Shown here: in pieces, positions 12,611 to 24,889 of the stretch
How positions within the stretch are numbered: position 1 is the stretch's first letter
Layout of the letters: each line of letters starts with the position of its first letter
DNA from: Azolla caroliniana
Taxonomy: Eukaryota > Plantae > Polypodiophyta
Assembly: GCA_043228905.1 (NCBI GenBank)
Contig: JBHGNT010000004.1
Coordinates: 15,066,001-15,130,000 of the forward strand
DNA: 64,000 nt
Reading direction: 5' to 3'
Translations under genes and position numbers: made by a program
The notes under the pieces: model-generated
The model's input: only the letters and a program-made list of their open reading frames with translations
The model's database searches: none
Told to the model about the DNA's origin: nothing

Positions 12611-13264
12611 ACGGGATGTCACCCCCGGTGGTGTGTACTTGAAATCCTCGAGCTGTCCACAAATCCTTGCGCGGAGGATCATTTGGCGCGGTTACGCAAG
12701 ATACAAGCGGATTTATCTACTCATCTCCAACAAGCTCAACAAACATACAAGGTTTATGCGGATCGTCATCGACTCCCATCCAGTTTTAACATTGGAGATC
12801 AGGTATGGCTACTACGACGACACATCAAGACTACCCACCCATGCGAGAAGTTGGATTTTCGGCGATTAGGTCCTTTCCGCATTATAGGAAAGATTAATGA
12901 TGTTGCTTTTCATCTTGATCTACCTCCGCAACTTCGGATACATCTGGTGTTTCATAGTTCTCTCCTCGAACCCTATCAAGAGAGCACCATCCCAGGACGT
13001 ATTACACAACCTCCACCCCCGATCAAGCTTGAAGATGGACCTGAGTACGAGGTTGCCGCCATCCTTGATTCCAAGATTGTTTGCAACAAGCTCTACTATC
13101 TAGTCGATTGGCTAGGATATAGTCCCAGCGAGCGTACTTGGGAACCTATAGAGAATGTCACCAATGCTCGTGCTCTTCTTGAAGACTTCGATCGTCAATA
13201 TCCAGACAAACCGGGTCCTCAATCCAAAGCGACTCGTTACACTTGTCGTATGAAGGGGGGATAG

Positions 13265-13563
13265 TGTCATGATATGGCAAGACTCGAACCCATGACCTTA
13301 TGCTACATGGGTCGAGCTCTTGACTATTAGACCATACATTGTAATACGTAGAATATTATTTTCATTTATGTTTTATTATAGAAAATTGATGTATATTCCA
13401 GATTTCTCTAGAACATTCTAGAAACTTCAGGAGTATTCCTTAGAACATTATAAAAGGAGGCACAGGGCATTATTTCGAACCAAATCGGTTCAATGCCAGT
13501 CTTAAGCCTCCTAGCTATTACTGTACATTCTCTTCACATAATATATATCTTCTCTTATCATCA

Positions 13564-13598
<35 letters not shown>

Positions 13599-13721
13599 TC
13601 TCGATCTCTCACTCCCTCCCTTTCACTCACTCTTTCCTTCCCTCGAGAGTCCTTCACCTCTCTTAGTATTAATACTTCTTTTAGTACTAATTCCTTCTCT
13701 GTCTTAATATTGTTCCTGACA
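13265..13721 (+). repeat. 3' LTR of gypsy A
   Basis: Follows the PPT, TGTCA..TGACA ends, TATAAAAGG, (CT)n tract. Confidence 0.92.
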
Positions 13722-13976
13722 GTTGCAACATGAATTGATTGATCAGTTCGATCTGGTAACTGAGGTCTGGCCGAGTAATAGTCAAATAGATGAGGCTTTC
13801 GACAATCTGTCAGAACCGTGTCGAGTCACACGCTTTTCCCGAATATAACAGAAGGCTTACCGAGCCGTGTTGACCTTACCGAACAAATAATGAAGAGTCT
13901 GACTTCGATGTCGAAAACCCCATCTTACGCAACCGTTGCGTAATCTTTGCGTTCCAAGATCGCGGGGCTTGCTTGA

Positions 13977-16900
13977 TGTTAATCCTTAGGGTCGGACAAT
14001 GGCCTAACACAGGGTGTCTCCGGAAGCCACTTCACCAAAGGGGTGTTATGGCGAGATAACTTAAGACACAACGATTAATCCAACTTAGTTGGCTACTTAG
14101 CAATAAGGCATTCACTTAATACACGCGTAAGATATAACAATTAAGACAGAACGGTAATCAATACATGAAGATAAAACCAGACACTTATATTAATTCTCCA
14201 TTAAAGTTTTACATTGTAACCGGGCCTTTATATAGGTCACCAGTGCTGCGTACAAAACGGTGCCAACCGGCACCTGTTTGGAATCGGTCCGGATCCGGAT
14301 CGGCATACCGATTTCAGTCCGTCCGTTCACTACATAATTATAATCTACTTTACTTAATTAAATATATTCCGAATAACCATCCCTTTCACACTCTGGTCTC
14401 TGCTCCTTTGTTGGCCGGGTAACATATGGCACGCCCGTGGGACAGTACCTTGTACGTCGAATCCCACTATCCGGCCCTTAGCCTTCGTCCAAGATATCCA
14501 AAATACTCTACTCCAAGGTATCTAATGGTTGTTCGGAATTCGGTTGTTGCTGTTGTTGTTGTTGTGGTTGTTGTTGATGTGGCTGTTGTTGTGGTTGTTG
14601 TTGTTGTTGTGGCTATTGTTGCTGCGGTGGCTGCGGCTCCTCCGACTGTTGCACCTGAGAGGGCGTTTGTTCGGCTCCCGATACCGGCGGTTGTGACAAT
14701 GATTCCTCTGTTAGCTGCTCCGCCGGATTTGACTCCGGTTGACTCGCCCCGGCCTTGTCACCGTCCGGTCCTTGCTCCGGTGATGGCTCCTCATCGTTGA
14801 GGTTGACGATCGCTGCCTGCTTTGCTTCTTCTCTCCGTAGCCTGTTCCGCTCATAGCTCTCAAACTGGATTTGAGCATCCAGTCGATCATCATCTAGTTG
14901 GGTTACAAGTTCCCAGACCACTACTACCTACTCCTCCGCCAGAGTTACAAAATCTTCGGCTAACTCATCTCTTATGGTGGTGAAGTCCGCCTTCGTTAGC
15001 ATGTAGCAGTCGTCGCCCTCCTTCTGCCGGTTTTCCGCGTCCGCTCGTAGCAACTGGAGCTCGGCTCTGTGCTTTGCCCATTTGTCCCACCATTGCACGG
15101 AGCTTTCGTCAATCAAGTGTTTGGTCTTGTTCCTCCATGCCTGGACAATGAACTGGATCCGCTCCAATCCCATCTTTGATTTGTCCTCCGCAGCTTGTCG
15201 TTCGTCCTTCAACTGCTTGATGAGTGCCACTGTATCCACCTCCTGCTCCTGATAATGTGACAGTTGGGTTTGATAAGTGTTTTGCCGCCTTTGCAAGATC
15301 ATCGTCGCTCTTTCCTTCTCTTCATAATGCTGCTTATGCAGCTCCAGCCGTTCTTGCGCGGCTTCCTCTAACAGCGTGGTTTTTTCAGCCCGTTCCTCCG
15401 CCAACGCCGTCTCAACTCGATGTACCTCCTATCGGAGCTCTGCCATCTTCTCCTGTTGTTTCTTATGCTCCGTATCCAGGTGCTTGTAGTCCCGGTGCAA
15501 GTTCTCAAAATCATCGGTCTTCTGCTTCAGTTTTTGGTTGAGTTGTCGGCGGGCGCGGTCTTCCCGGTCCTTCTGCTGACGGAGTTCTTCTTTCAGCCTT
15601 TCGATCTCTATTTCCGCCATCCTTCGCAGCTTCTCCTTTTCTTGCAGCGCCTTCTCTTTCTCCTCCTTTAGCCGGTCGTAGGCTTGATTGTCTTTCCACA
15701 TATTCTCTTCTACCCGGCGGAGGTTCTTAGTAGTCTTTCGTTGTTCTTCTTCTGCCGCTTTCTTCAAGTCCCGCTCTTGGGTGCGTAATGCTTCCTGTGC
15801 AGCCAGTTCATCTCTTAATTCAGCAAGCTCTTTTGCTTGCGCCGCCACTATCTCCGAGACTGGTTCCGTCTCCGGGGTCTTATTGCTATGTATAGGTGTC
15901 GATGCTTCTTTATTTTGTACATCTACCGGAGTCACCAGTGCTTGGAGTTGTGGTCTGGTTAAGGCCATTTTGGCCAATTCTTCTGTGGCCAGGTCCAAGT
16001 CTTGTTCTAGGCTCCAAATCCTTGACCGGGCCGTCTCTAGTTCTCCGGTTGTGACGAGTAACCGGTCCATCTACGCTTTCTCTTCCGCCTCTATGTAGTG
16101 TACCACTCTGGCAATCTGTTCTCCAATCCACCGGAGCCATTGGCTGCCGGTGCCCTGTTGTTGCGTCTGCCCGGAGGGTTGGCTGTTGGTGTCGTTGGCC
16201 GGTGGTCGGTTTTGTCCAGTTGCGTCGAGCTGCGTCGAGCTGCAACTCTGGCTCTTGTTGGTGACCACTTTGCCGTTCTGGTTGCCACTCCATTGGCCGC
16301 TCCGCCTCTGAATTCTCTTGGCCTGCCGGTGGGGTCGGCAAATGTACTTCCGGCGCTTGCATTTCGGGTCTTGCCGTATCCTGACCCGCCGGTAGAGGTT
16401 GTTGTGCAGGGAGCTCTGTGGTCGGTTCGTCCGAACTGGTTCCGGTTCCATCCTTGGTGCGGGCTACTCAGGGCGGGGTACAAGTGTTCCATCCTTCTTT
16501 GGGTTCGAACGCTCCTCGGCATGTTCAGAGGTGCTTGCCTTCTAGCGCCGCTGGAGGTGCTCTAACGGTTCCTCCTCCGCTTCCTCCTCCTTAGTCCCGA
16601 TGCTGATTTTCGCTACCAAGGGGTCCGGTGCTTGTTGAACCGGTCGGCTAAGCCTGATCTTGATAGGTCGTACCGGTGGCTCTTCCTGCGTTTCCGCCTG
16701 CTGCTTCCTATTGGCGCGCTCCTTTGCTGCCTGGTCCGTGTCGGCCGCCTTCCCTTTGGTTTCCTTAGAAGCCAACAATTGTTGTCGTTTCGAGGCCATT
16801 TTCGGGGTGCCTTCGGTTGTCCTTCCCCGCTTCATGGTCTTGACGGGCTCGATAGGTGGTGCCAATAGGGTGAGCCATTGCGCCACTGCCGTCCATATCT

Positions 16901-18536
16901 TCCGACCCTCTTTGCCTCTGACAGAGTCGATGGCCGCACAAAGGCCATCCGCAATTAGTACCGCCCAGTCCACCTTCACGCCTTCATATGTGGCTATGAT
17001 TAAGCCGGCCCGGTTCTGGGGCATGCACGGGGGTCGAGGGTATACATGTCCGAATTCATGGAGTACACGGGCAATCTCTCGAAAGAGAGGATCTTCGCCG
17101 CCCTATGTCCGGTAGGCCTTGCTTGCCAGAGAGTATTCCCCAAAATATTTTCGGAGTTGTTCCGGGGTAGGGTTGTCGATATTGAAGATTCCCCCTTCCG
17201 GATGGCCAATCAACACATGGATGGCCTCCTCAGTAATCAGCTCCGTGTCGATTTCTTTGACTATCTTCTCCGCCTCCTGGTGCGATGGCGCCTCCATGAT
17301 GGTGAGGAAACCCTCTAAGCCATGTTGCCTTCGCCACTTCTTGGCTGCTTTAGAGAGTGCTTGGCAGTCCATGGCTTCGTCGAGGTCGGTGAGCGCTGGT
17401 GAGGGTTGTGTGTGAGGAGTCTCTGTGTGTGTGGGTTCATGTCTGTTGATCTTCAATCGTCTGTCTGCGTTTGTGCTCCTATGTTCGCGAAATGTGAGGG
17501 TTTCTATGTGGCGGGGGTCTTTCCTGCTCCTCTTGCGGTGTCGGAGGCTTCTCCTCCTCAACTTCCGGTGTCGGAGGTCTCTCGTCCTCGACTTCTAGTT
17601 CCGGAGTGTGGCCGACTTCCGGTACCGGAGTTTCCAGCCTTGTCGATTCAGGTTCTGGTGTCGGCAAAGTATCTGATTCCTCGTCCTCTGGTCCGCTTGG
17701 GGTGTCACTACTGCTGCGGTAGTTTGTCTGCGCGTTGTATTCCCCGTCTAAACCCGATTCAAATGTCGAAAATGCTTCGGATTCGCCTTCCCCCGCTGCC
17801 AATGCTTGGAGAAGGGATTCCGCTTCCCGGAGGCTGCTTAGGCTGCTTCCTTCGTCCGGGTAGGCGTTTTGTGATAGCCGAAGTGATTCCTTGGCCACTC
17901 TCCGGATCACTTTCGAAAATGAGCGATCCGCTCTGATTTCTTCTACCGCTTGCTAGAAAGCCTCTCGCTTCCTCAGTCGTTCAACAAGTCACCTTGCTCG
18001 CTCCGTAACCAGGTCGTTCGTTGGTCGCGTCATTCATTCCCACCGTTGTTCGCTGCGATTGTGCAGGAATCGTGATCGCCAAAAACTGTGTTAATCCTTA
18101 GGGTCGGACAATGGCCTAACACAGGGTGTCTCCGGAAGCCACTTCACCAAAGGGGTGTTACGGCGAGATAACTTAAGACACAACGATTAATCCGACTTAG
18201 TTGGCTACTTAGCAATAAGGCATTCACTTAATACACGCGTAAGATATAACAATTAAGACAGAACGGTAATCAATACATGAAGATAAAACCAAACGCTTAT
18301 ATTAATTCTCCGTTAAAGTTTTACATTGTAACCAGGCCTTTATATAGGCCACTAGTGTTGCGTACAAAACGGTGCCAACCGGCACCTGTTTGGAATCGGT
18401 CCGGATCCGGATCGGCATACCGATTCCGGTTCGTCCGTTCACTACATAATTATAATCTACTTTACTTAATTAAATATATTCCGAATAACCATCCCTTTCA
18501 CACTATGGTCTCTGCTCCTTTGCCGGGCGGGTAACA
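13977..18536. mobile_element. Element C: non-autonomous LTR element with 448-bp LTRs, no gag/pol, minus-strand accessory ORFs
   Basis: LTRs 13977-14424 and 18089-18536 (TGTTA..TAACA), 5-bp TSD CTTGA; PBS-like TGGCACGCCCGTGGGAC after the left LTR. Confidence 0.92.
14478..18033 (-). pseudogene. Accessory ORF(s) of element C: acidic N-terminal ORF (~18033-17479) plus a long coiled-coil, Q-rich ORF (~17372-14478)
   Basis: ORF pieces ending at 17561, 17024, 16451, 16070, 15404 and 14921 share one frame and are separated by single stops. The VDWAVLIA segment resembles plant LTR-element accessory proteins (inference). Confidence 0.7.
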
Positions 18537-20156
18537 CTTGAGTTCGTAAAGTGACTTCTTCAGTCGGCAAACCGCCGAAGTGTTCTGTTCTGATAGACTT
18601 CGCTCTTCTTCGCGATTTTTCACACCCACGTGTGCCAAGTGAAGTCGTCGATGAAGGTTACAAAGTAACGGCTTCCACCGAGACTCACGTTCTGTGCCGG
18701 TCCCCACACATCCTAATGGATCAAATCCAGCGGATTTCAACTACGATTACGCTCATTGGGGAATGGAAGTCAGTGTTGTTTTCCCATCTAATAGGCTTCG
18801 TAGACTTTGCCATTCCGGCCACGAAATTTCGGCAACCCGAAAACAATGTTCTTCATCTGCATTTCACGAAACCGTGGGAGGTTAATATGGCCGAACCACT
18901 TATGCCACAGGTCGATGTCCGACGCGACCTTCTGCCCTTTCACAAACATAGTGGTGCCCACATTATTGGTTTCGAGGATAAACGTCCTACCTTCACGGTG
19001 CCCTTGCACGATCACTTTACCTTCTTCTTCAATGAAGCAGCCGAGATGCGTGAATCGAACCTACATCCCTTGGTCGATGATCTGACCAACCGAAACCAAG
19101 TTCTTCATTATTGTTGGGATGTGTAGCTCGTTCAAGAGTTTCCCTTTCTACCCAACATGGTTGAGGGGAACATCACTGACATGTTCGATGGTATGCGGAG
19201 TGTCATCTCCCGTTTCGACTACCCCCTGCTTTTCCGGCTTCTCAAAGTACGAGAACCATTCCTCGTGACTCGTCATATGATTTGACGCTCTGGAATCAAC
19301 GTACCACACTTCGCTCGATTTCGAGGTATTCACGGCCATTGAATTAGCCTTGTGCTTCATTACGAAGGTAGGGCCCGATCCATTTCCGGCTCGTTCGAAG
19401 CCCTCAACGCAGTGCGACTTTTGACGCCTTCCTACGTCTCTTCCGCTCAATCCAACTTTGTTTGAATCATCTTGCTTCTTCCAGCACTCACTCTCCTTGT
19501 GGCCTATCTTGCCACAGTACCAACATTCCGATGCGACCTTCTCTTGTCGGCTTCCGGCGCCACCACAACTCCCCCTGTTTCCGGAGGGTTCAGAATTGCT
19601 TCCGACATTTCAATTATGCCGTACATTCTGCTCTTTTCAGCCACCTCCATTACGTGCTGATCCGCCTCGTCCACCACGACCACGGGACATATCTTCCTCT
19701 GTGTACAGCATCTTGCCGTTAGCGTGCATACCCACATGGTATTCCTCCACGAGCAACATTGACTGAAGCTCGAAGAATGAAGGCGTACTCTCCCTCGTAC
19801 AAACCGTCGGTCGGAGAGCTCCGAACTTGGACATTAACCCACCAAGACAAACCTGCACCATTTCGTCCTCCTCGACGTTCACATTGACAGAGGCGAGAGA
19901 GTCTCAGATTTCCTTGATTCTGGTCGTATTATCGACCACAGACAAATCTTTCTGTTAGACATTGTTGAGCTCCTGTCTGAGTTGCAGCTTCCTGGTCGTT
20001 GTGCTTGCAGTGAAAATCCTTTTGAGATTCTCCCACGCGTCCTTTGGCGTCTTAGTATCCCGAATGTAGCTCAATAACTGGTCGCTCACACAGGAAGCAA
20101 AGTAGTAGAGAACTCTGCTTGTTGCTTGCTCCCAAGCCGAAAAATCTCTGTGTGTT

Positions 20157-20600
20157 TGTCATTAACACATGACCATTATGGCATCACCCAGACTTGAACC
20201 TCGAACCTTGTAATCCATACTTGAAAACCTCAACCATTAAGATAGCTTATTGTTATATGAAACAATAAAAGCTACTTCTTGTATTACATTGATTATTGTA
20301 AAACCTCTAGATTATTCTAGAATGTTCTAGAATGTCCTAGAGCATTCTAGGTCTAGAACATTCTAGAACATTCTAGAAATCTCTAAGCTATTCTATAGGA
20401 ACCTATAAATAAGGGAATACATGTATTCTCAAATCAATTTGAATCAACACCAGTCTTTAGCTCTCATTACATATCTTGTATCCATTCTCTTTCTTTCTCT
20501 ATCTTATACATCCATTCTTCTCTTAGTATTTCGTTCCTTTCTTCTCGTGTTCTCTAATATCCTTCTTCCATCACTCTATCTTTTATCCTTGGTTCTGACA
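20157..20600 (+). mobile_element. Solo LTR D (Tcn1-like, 444 bp) in the gag of copia B
   Basis: TGTCA..TGACA, TSD GTGTT/GTGTC, TTCTAGAA repeats and TATAAATA as in LTR A. Confidence 0.85.
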
Positions 20601-21244
20601 GTGTCAAATTTGGTGCTACATCATTAGCTCCTTCGACATAACTCCAGTAGCCATGACCAAGCAGGTATTGGTGCATATTATACGACCAAGATGCGTAGTT
20701 GCTCCTGTCGAGCTTCTCGGTCAGTAGTGAGCTTCCCATTCCTCTGTCCATGTTGTTGTCTTTTTCTTTTCCAAAAAAAAAAAACAAGGAACAACTTCAA
20801 CTCTGTTTTGTGGCAAGCTTTTCTTGTCGGCTGCAAAGGACTTCAACCCTCGTGCTCTGATACCATATAAAAGAATATGTGTGCGGAAGCGTGTGCGTAA
20901 ACACAAAGTACACTGTTTGGAAATAAGACAGTTCGGTAAACGCAAAAAACAAAGAGATGGAGATGGAGATGCAGAGAGAGAGAGAGAGCATACAACTTAG
21001 TGAGCACCTTTTATACAAGCCCTGACTATCAGGCTGACACAAGTACTAACAGTACTTGATTGCTCATAAATGAGCCTACTACACTAACTCCCAAAATTAT
21101 TCCTTACGAGGAATACCATACTAACGGCCTTTCGGTTTACGCACCGATACGGCCATGTTATGTGTATTGTTTTACGTACCTAGTCTATGCACTGGGTTAC
21201 GCACCGTATTACGCACCCAATGTTGAGCTTGTCACTCAACACTT

Positions 21245-21540
21245 AAGAATTCCATTTGTTTGCAATCAAAACTGCACTTCTCTAGTTTTGCATAAAGGCC
21301 ATAGACCATATCAGAAGGTGGGCACCTCTTGTGCGTTTAAATAAATTAGTAGATCATCTAAATAGAATATCTAAAAGATGTTCAAGTGATCTTGAAAATA
21401 TCATTAGCCATATGGTGGAAAATTATTGGGGCATTTGTGAGACCAAAGGGCATGAATGTATACTCAAAATGACCATATCAAGTGTCGAAGGCTATCTTCC
21501 ATTTGTTTGCTAAGCGAATCTGTATAGGGTTATATGCACA
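21245..21540 (-). mobile_element. Degenerate gypsy RT fragment
   Basis: Minus strand gives GHFEY..MPFGL, HMAND, YLDDL and KLEKCSF remnants. Confidence 0.65.
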
Positions 21541-21661
21541 TTTGTGTCATTCCTGTGTGATACATCGATGAAGTTATCCTTTTTGTCGATGTCATTGGCC
21601 TAGGATCCATAGTGCCTATTATCTTTTTTGTGGCGAATAGGGCCAAGGTGGTTATCAAGCA

Positions 21662-23300
21662 CGTTAGAGCTGCGAGCTTACTTAACTATGATTATTAGTA
21701 CTTAAGCTCACACACACACACTTTATTCTCTCTTGCACGTGAACATGAATGTAGAGACAAATAAGATATAAACAAATTCACCCCTTCTTATTGCAAAGAG
21801 GTTTAACACCATACAAGAGGAGGAGATTAGGGTTTGGCTTATTCACAGCTTACTTAGTTCTAATGGAATATTAGGGGGATACACTAGGAGCTTTACTACA
21901 CCAATGAGAAGGATAAAGTCTAAGATTGGAGAAGAGCTAGAAAATTCACCAAAATGTGGCATTTATAGCTTTTTACAAGGTGAGGCAGTTCCTTTCACAC
22001 TAGGTTACCCATTGCCTTATATTGCTTCCTATTTGGTTTGTTCTATCCCCCTTTTCCTATGATTAGTTGAACTTGGTGTCCTTTGTTGGTGCCACAATCT
22101 CCACAACTGGTGTCTACCGAGTGATGAATACTTAACATTCACCCTAACCTAATGAATGTGCACTCTGGGTGGACCACATTAGGTGTGCGTCGTGAGTGAA
22201 GATTGTGGAGGCAAAGGAGGGGGCTCAGGAGTGAGCCTAATGAATTATGGTGGATTGGGTGGGTGAGAGGGGCTGAGTGGGTGTTGTGAATAGGGACGAG
22301 GTTGAAGGCATTGGATGTTGATGGGGGAAGTCTTATATCCTACATTTGGTCAGTGGTTATGAAGAACTCTTTTAATATGCAAGAGAGTCATGTGGAGATG
22401 ACATAGTCAACGAAGAGGGAAGGAGGTCTTCTATTAAAGCTAACATACGCGGCTATGAACCATGTGTCAATCATGGTTTAGGTTGTAGGGAGAACGCTGA
22501 CATGGGTCTAGAGACCAACCATTTGTCGACGTGTTGGTCCCTTATTTAAGCCGAACACTAGACCCCATGATGAATGGCTATGGTTGCGAAATTCATTTGC
22601 GTCAATTTGAAGTGAGTCAAGTAAAACTATCAAAAGTCGCAAAATGTGAATGTTGGGTTCAATGCTTGAGTGTTCAACTTGAATGCAAAATGTGAATCTC
22701 GATAGGTTTGAATGAATTGCCACATTACCCAGAGGGCTTATGAAAAGGGGTTGGTGCACCTTTGCCACACCGCAAGGAAGTTGGGCACAACCAATGGGTA
22801 GGGAAGTGGGAAGAAGGTAGGATTGATGCAGAAGTTCATCTGGTGCATCGTGAACCCTTGCCGAAACTGTTGGCAATTGTGGGAGTTCCACAGAGGCTGA
22901 AGGCCAAGTTAGGGGGTCAACAACTACACCTGACCATCCTTGTGCATAAATTGGCTTTCCATTGAGCAGATTTGATATGTTTCTTTCCCTATTGAGATGG
23001 GGTCTTCAATTTGAATGAGCCTTGGATTTATGCGAGGTTAAGTTGTATGGGACGTGTGGCATCGCTAAGTATTTCCTCTCATTCGTTAGGAACATTGTTT
23101 GTTATGTATGCAACATAGTGATCTAGGTTGGTTCCACAGGTAAAATTATTTCACATTAGGAACAACCATTATGGGGGCAGCGGAGAAAAGGTCAAGCACG
23201 ATAAAAAGGATGGCTTAAATTATGGCAACAAAGTTTGGATGGATTGGTCAATGTTTTACCAATTGGAGGGTGGGGGTGTCATGTCGAGATTGTGGCAATC
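21662..23300 (-). mobile_element. Old gypsy remnant: LTR-like ~21662-22137 plus integrase-region fragments
   Basis: LTR-like end CTTAACA, minus-strand TATAAAT, decayed integrase-like text (PLPTSLP..LFISPLGN). Confidence 0.45.
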
Positions 23301-24889
23301 ATGTTACGCCAAACCTGATTTTATGTATTAATTGTGTAATACTAGGTGTTTGTGAGGGAGCGTACATATAATTTATGTATAAATGAGAGAGAGAGAAGGA
23401 AGGCATGAGGCATGAGTGGAAATTCTTCTGTGTGTGTGTGTGTGTATATAACGTAAATATGTTGTTAATGTCATGCCCCTACCCCTGGCCTGGACCATCC
23501 ATATCCATATATCCATATATATCCATCCCATTCATAGCTCTTACTTACCTTTTGACCTTTTTGTTTTAACTTACTTACTACATCTCCTCTTCTTTTTTCC
23601 TTTATTATGTTTGTTACATACTACTGATACTAACGCTTGTTCCTATTTGCAACCAAATCATAATTAGGCCTGGTGAGGAAATTGCAGACACAAACGGTGC
23701 AGGACACGTTTTGAATGGCGCATGTGATTTGCACCGTTCAATCTCTATCCACAAAAAGCGCACACCTAAAACCTAACCCGGGTATGAAGAGCCTCTATCA
23801 CATCTAACCCGACTCTGACAATCGGATCTGTCACATCTAACTCGGCTTGGGTCTAACAGGCCTTTGTCACATCTAACCCGTGTCTAACAAGCCTCTGTCA
23901 CACCTAACCCAGGTCTAACAAGCTATTCTGTAACACATAAACCTAACCCTGGTACCTGATCCTAACCCAGGTACTTAAACCTAACTTGGGTACACAAACC
24001 TAACTCAAGTGCATGCACCTAACTCGGTACCCGATTAAAATTTCTGAAGAGATCATTGTTTAAAAGAGATGCTAAGATTACTCAAAAATATCAAAAACCT
24101 TTTTTAAAATACAAAATTGCACGATTTTACATATAAAAAACACATTATGTAATGTAATAAAAAACTATGAGATCAAGGCCCTTATTCAAAGCATGGCAAG
24201 TTATAGCCACAATTTTTGTAGCATTTTGGATTGGAGTCTCTTGAAGTCAATGTCAAACCATCACAATGCAAACACCAAACCTTCTCAGTGTCACATATTG
24301 GCAACCACCTCATAGCACGACGAGCACCTCTTTGTAGTCTGCAAGTGTGTGTTTTGGTCGTGTTTGGGGATCTGCCAATAAGTTCTTGTGAAATGTTAGG
24401 CATGGCTCCTTTTTTCGCACCAATTTGTTGCTTCTGACTTATTGAACCTCCTGATGCCATATTGGTTGTTGCCGATGCACCCATAGATAAGAGAAATTCC
24501 TTTCGAAAATCTACCATGAGTTGCTGACAACGCTTAAGAGCCGCACTATTCATTGCTCCCCATCCTTGCTCAAGAAGTTGAAGTGCTTCCATAGTTTGAT
24601 GTGCTTCTAACTTTATTTCTTCCCTTTTGTCAACTTCTACATTCATCTCGACTTCTACTTCTTGTGTCAACTCTAGTTCTCTATCCATTGTCGCATCATC
24701 CATTCGCATTTGGGTTGCATGATCTATAAATGGCAATGATCCACATAGTGATGGCATATGTCTCTCAATGATCATCTAAATGGCAAGCAAATGCTTACAT
24801 TTACTTGCAACGTCTTGACAATCACAATATGAACATTGGTGTGAGACATTGTACCATATTATGGGAGTGCTCAATATTCGAAACCAATA

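Larger units (their letters stand above)
3121..13264 (+). pseudogene. pol of gypsy A (PR-RT-RH-IN-chromodomain), split by copia E (3700-9395) and solo LTR F (11760-12610)
   Basis: ORFs 3160-3699, 9449-10060, 10160-11674 and 12605-13264 give colinear gypsy domains. Confidence 0.88.
1787..13721 (+). mobile_element. Gypsy A: Tcn1-like chromovirus, degenerate, with nested insertions
   Basis: 5' LTR remnant 1787-1897 matches the end of 3' LTR 13265-13721 (TGTCA..TGACA). Gag 1991-3133 with zinc knuckle, protease LLDSGA, RT YLDD, RNase H, integrase, chromodomain EYEVAAILDS..YLVDWLGY..TWEP, PPT GAAGGGGGGATAG. Multiple premature stops. Confidence 0.93.
13722..21241 (-). mobile_element. Copia B: internally deleted, degenerate copia (same broad family as copia H) hosting gypsy A, element C and solo LTR D
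   Basis: 5' LTR 20866-21241 and Met PBS (rc) 20854-20865; gag/PR/IN fragments 18600-20750; RT fragments SAVCRLKKSLYELK|QAPRSW across element C and 13722-13976. Confidence 0.85.

Noticed and set aside
13275-13337. Functional tRNA genes at LTR starts (also 20179, 45308, 56196)
   Set aside because: Anticodon arms and stems are degenerate and they lie inside LTRs; reported as tRNA-like modules instead.
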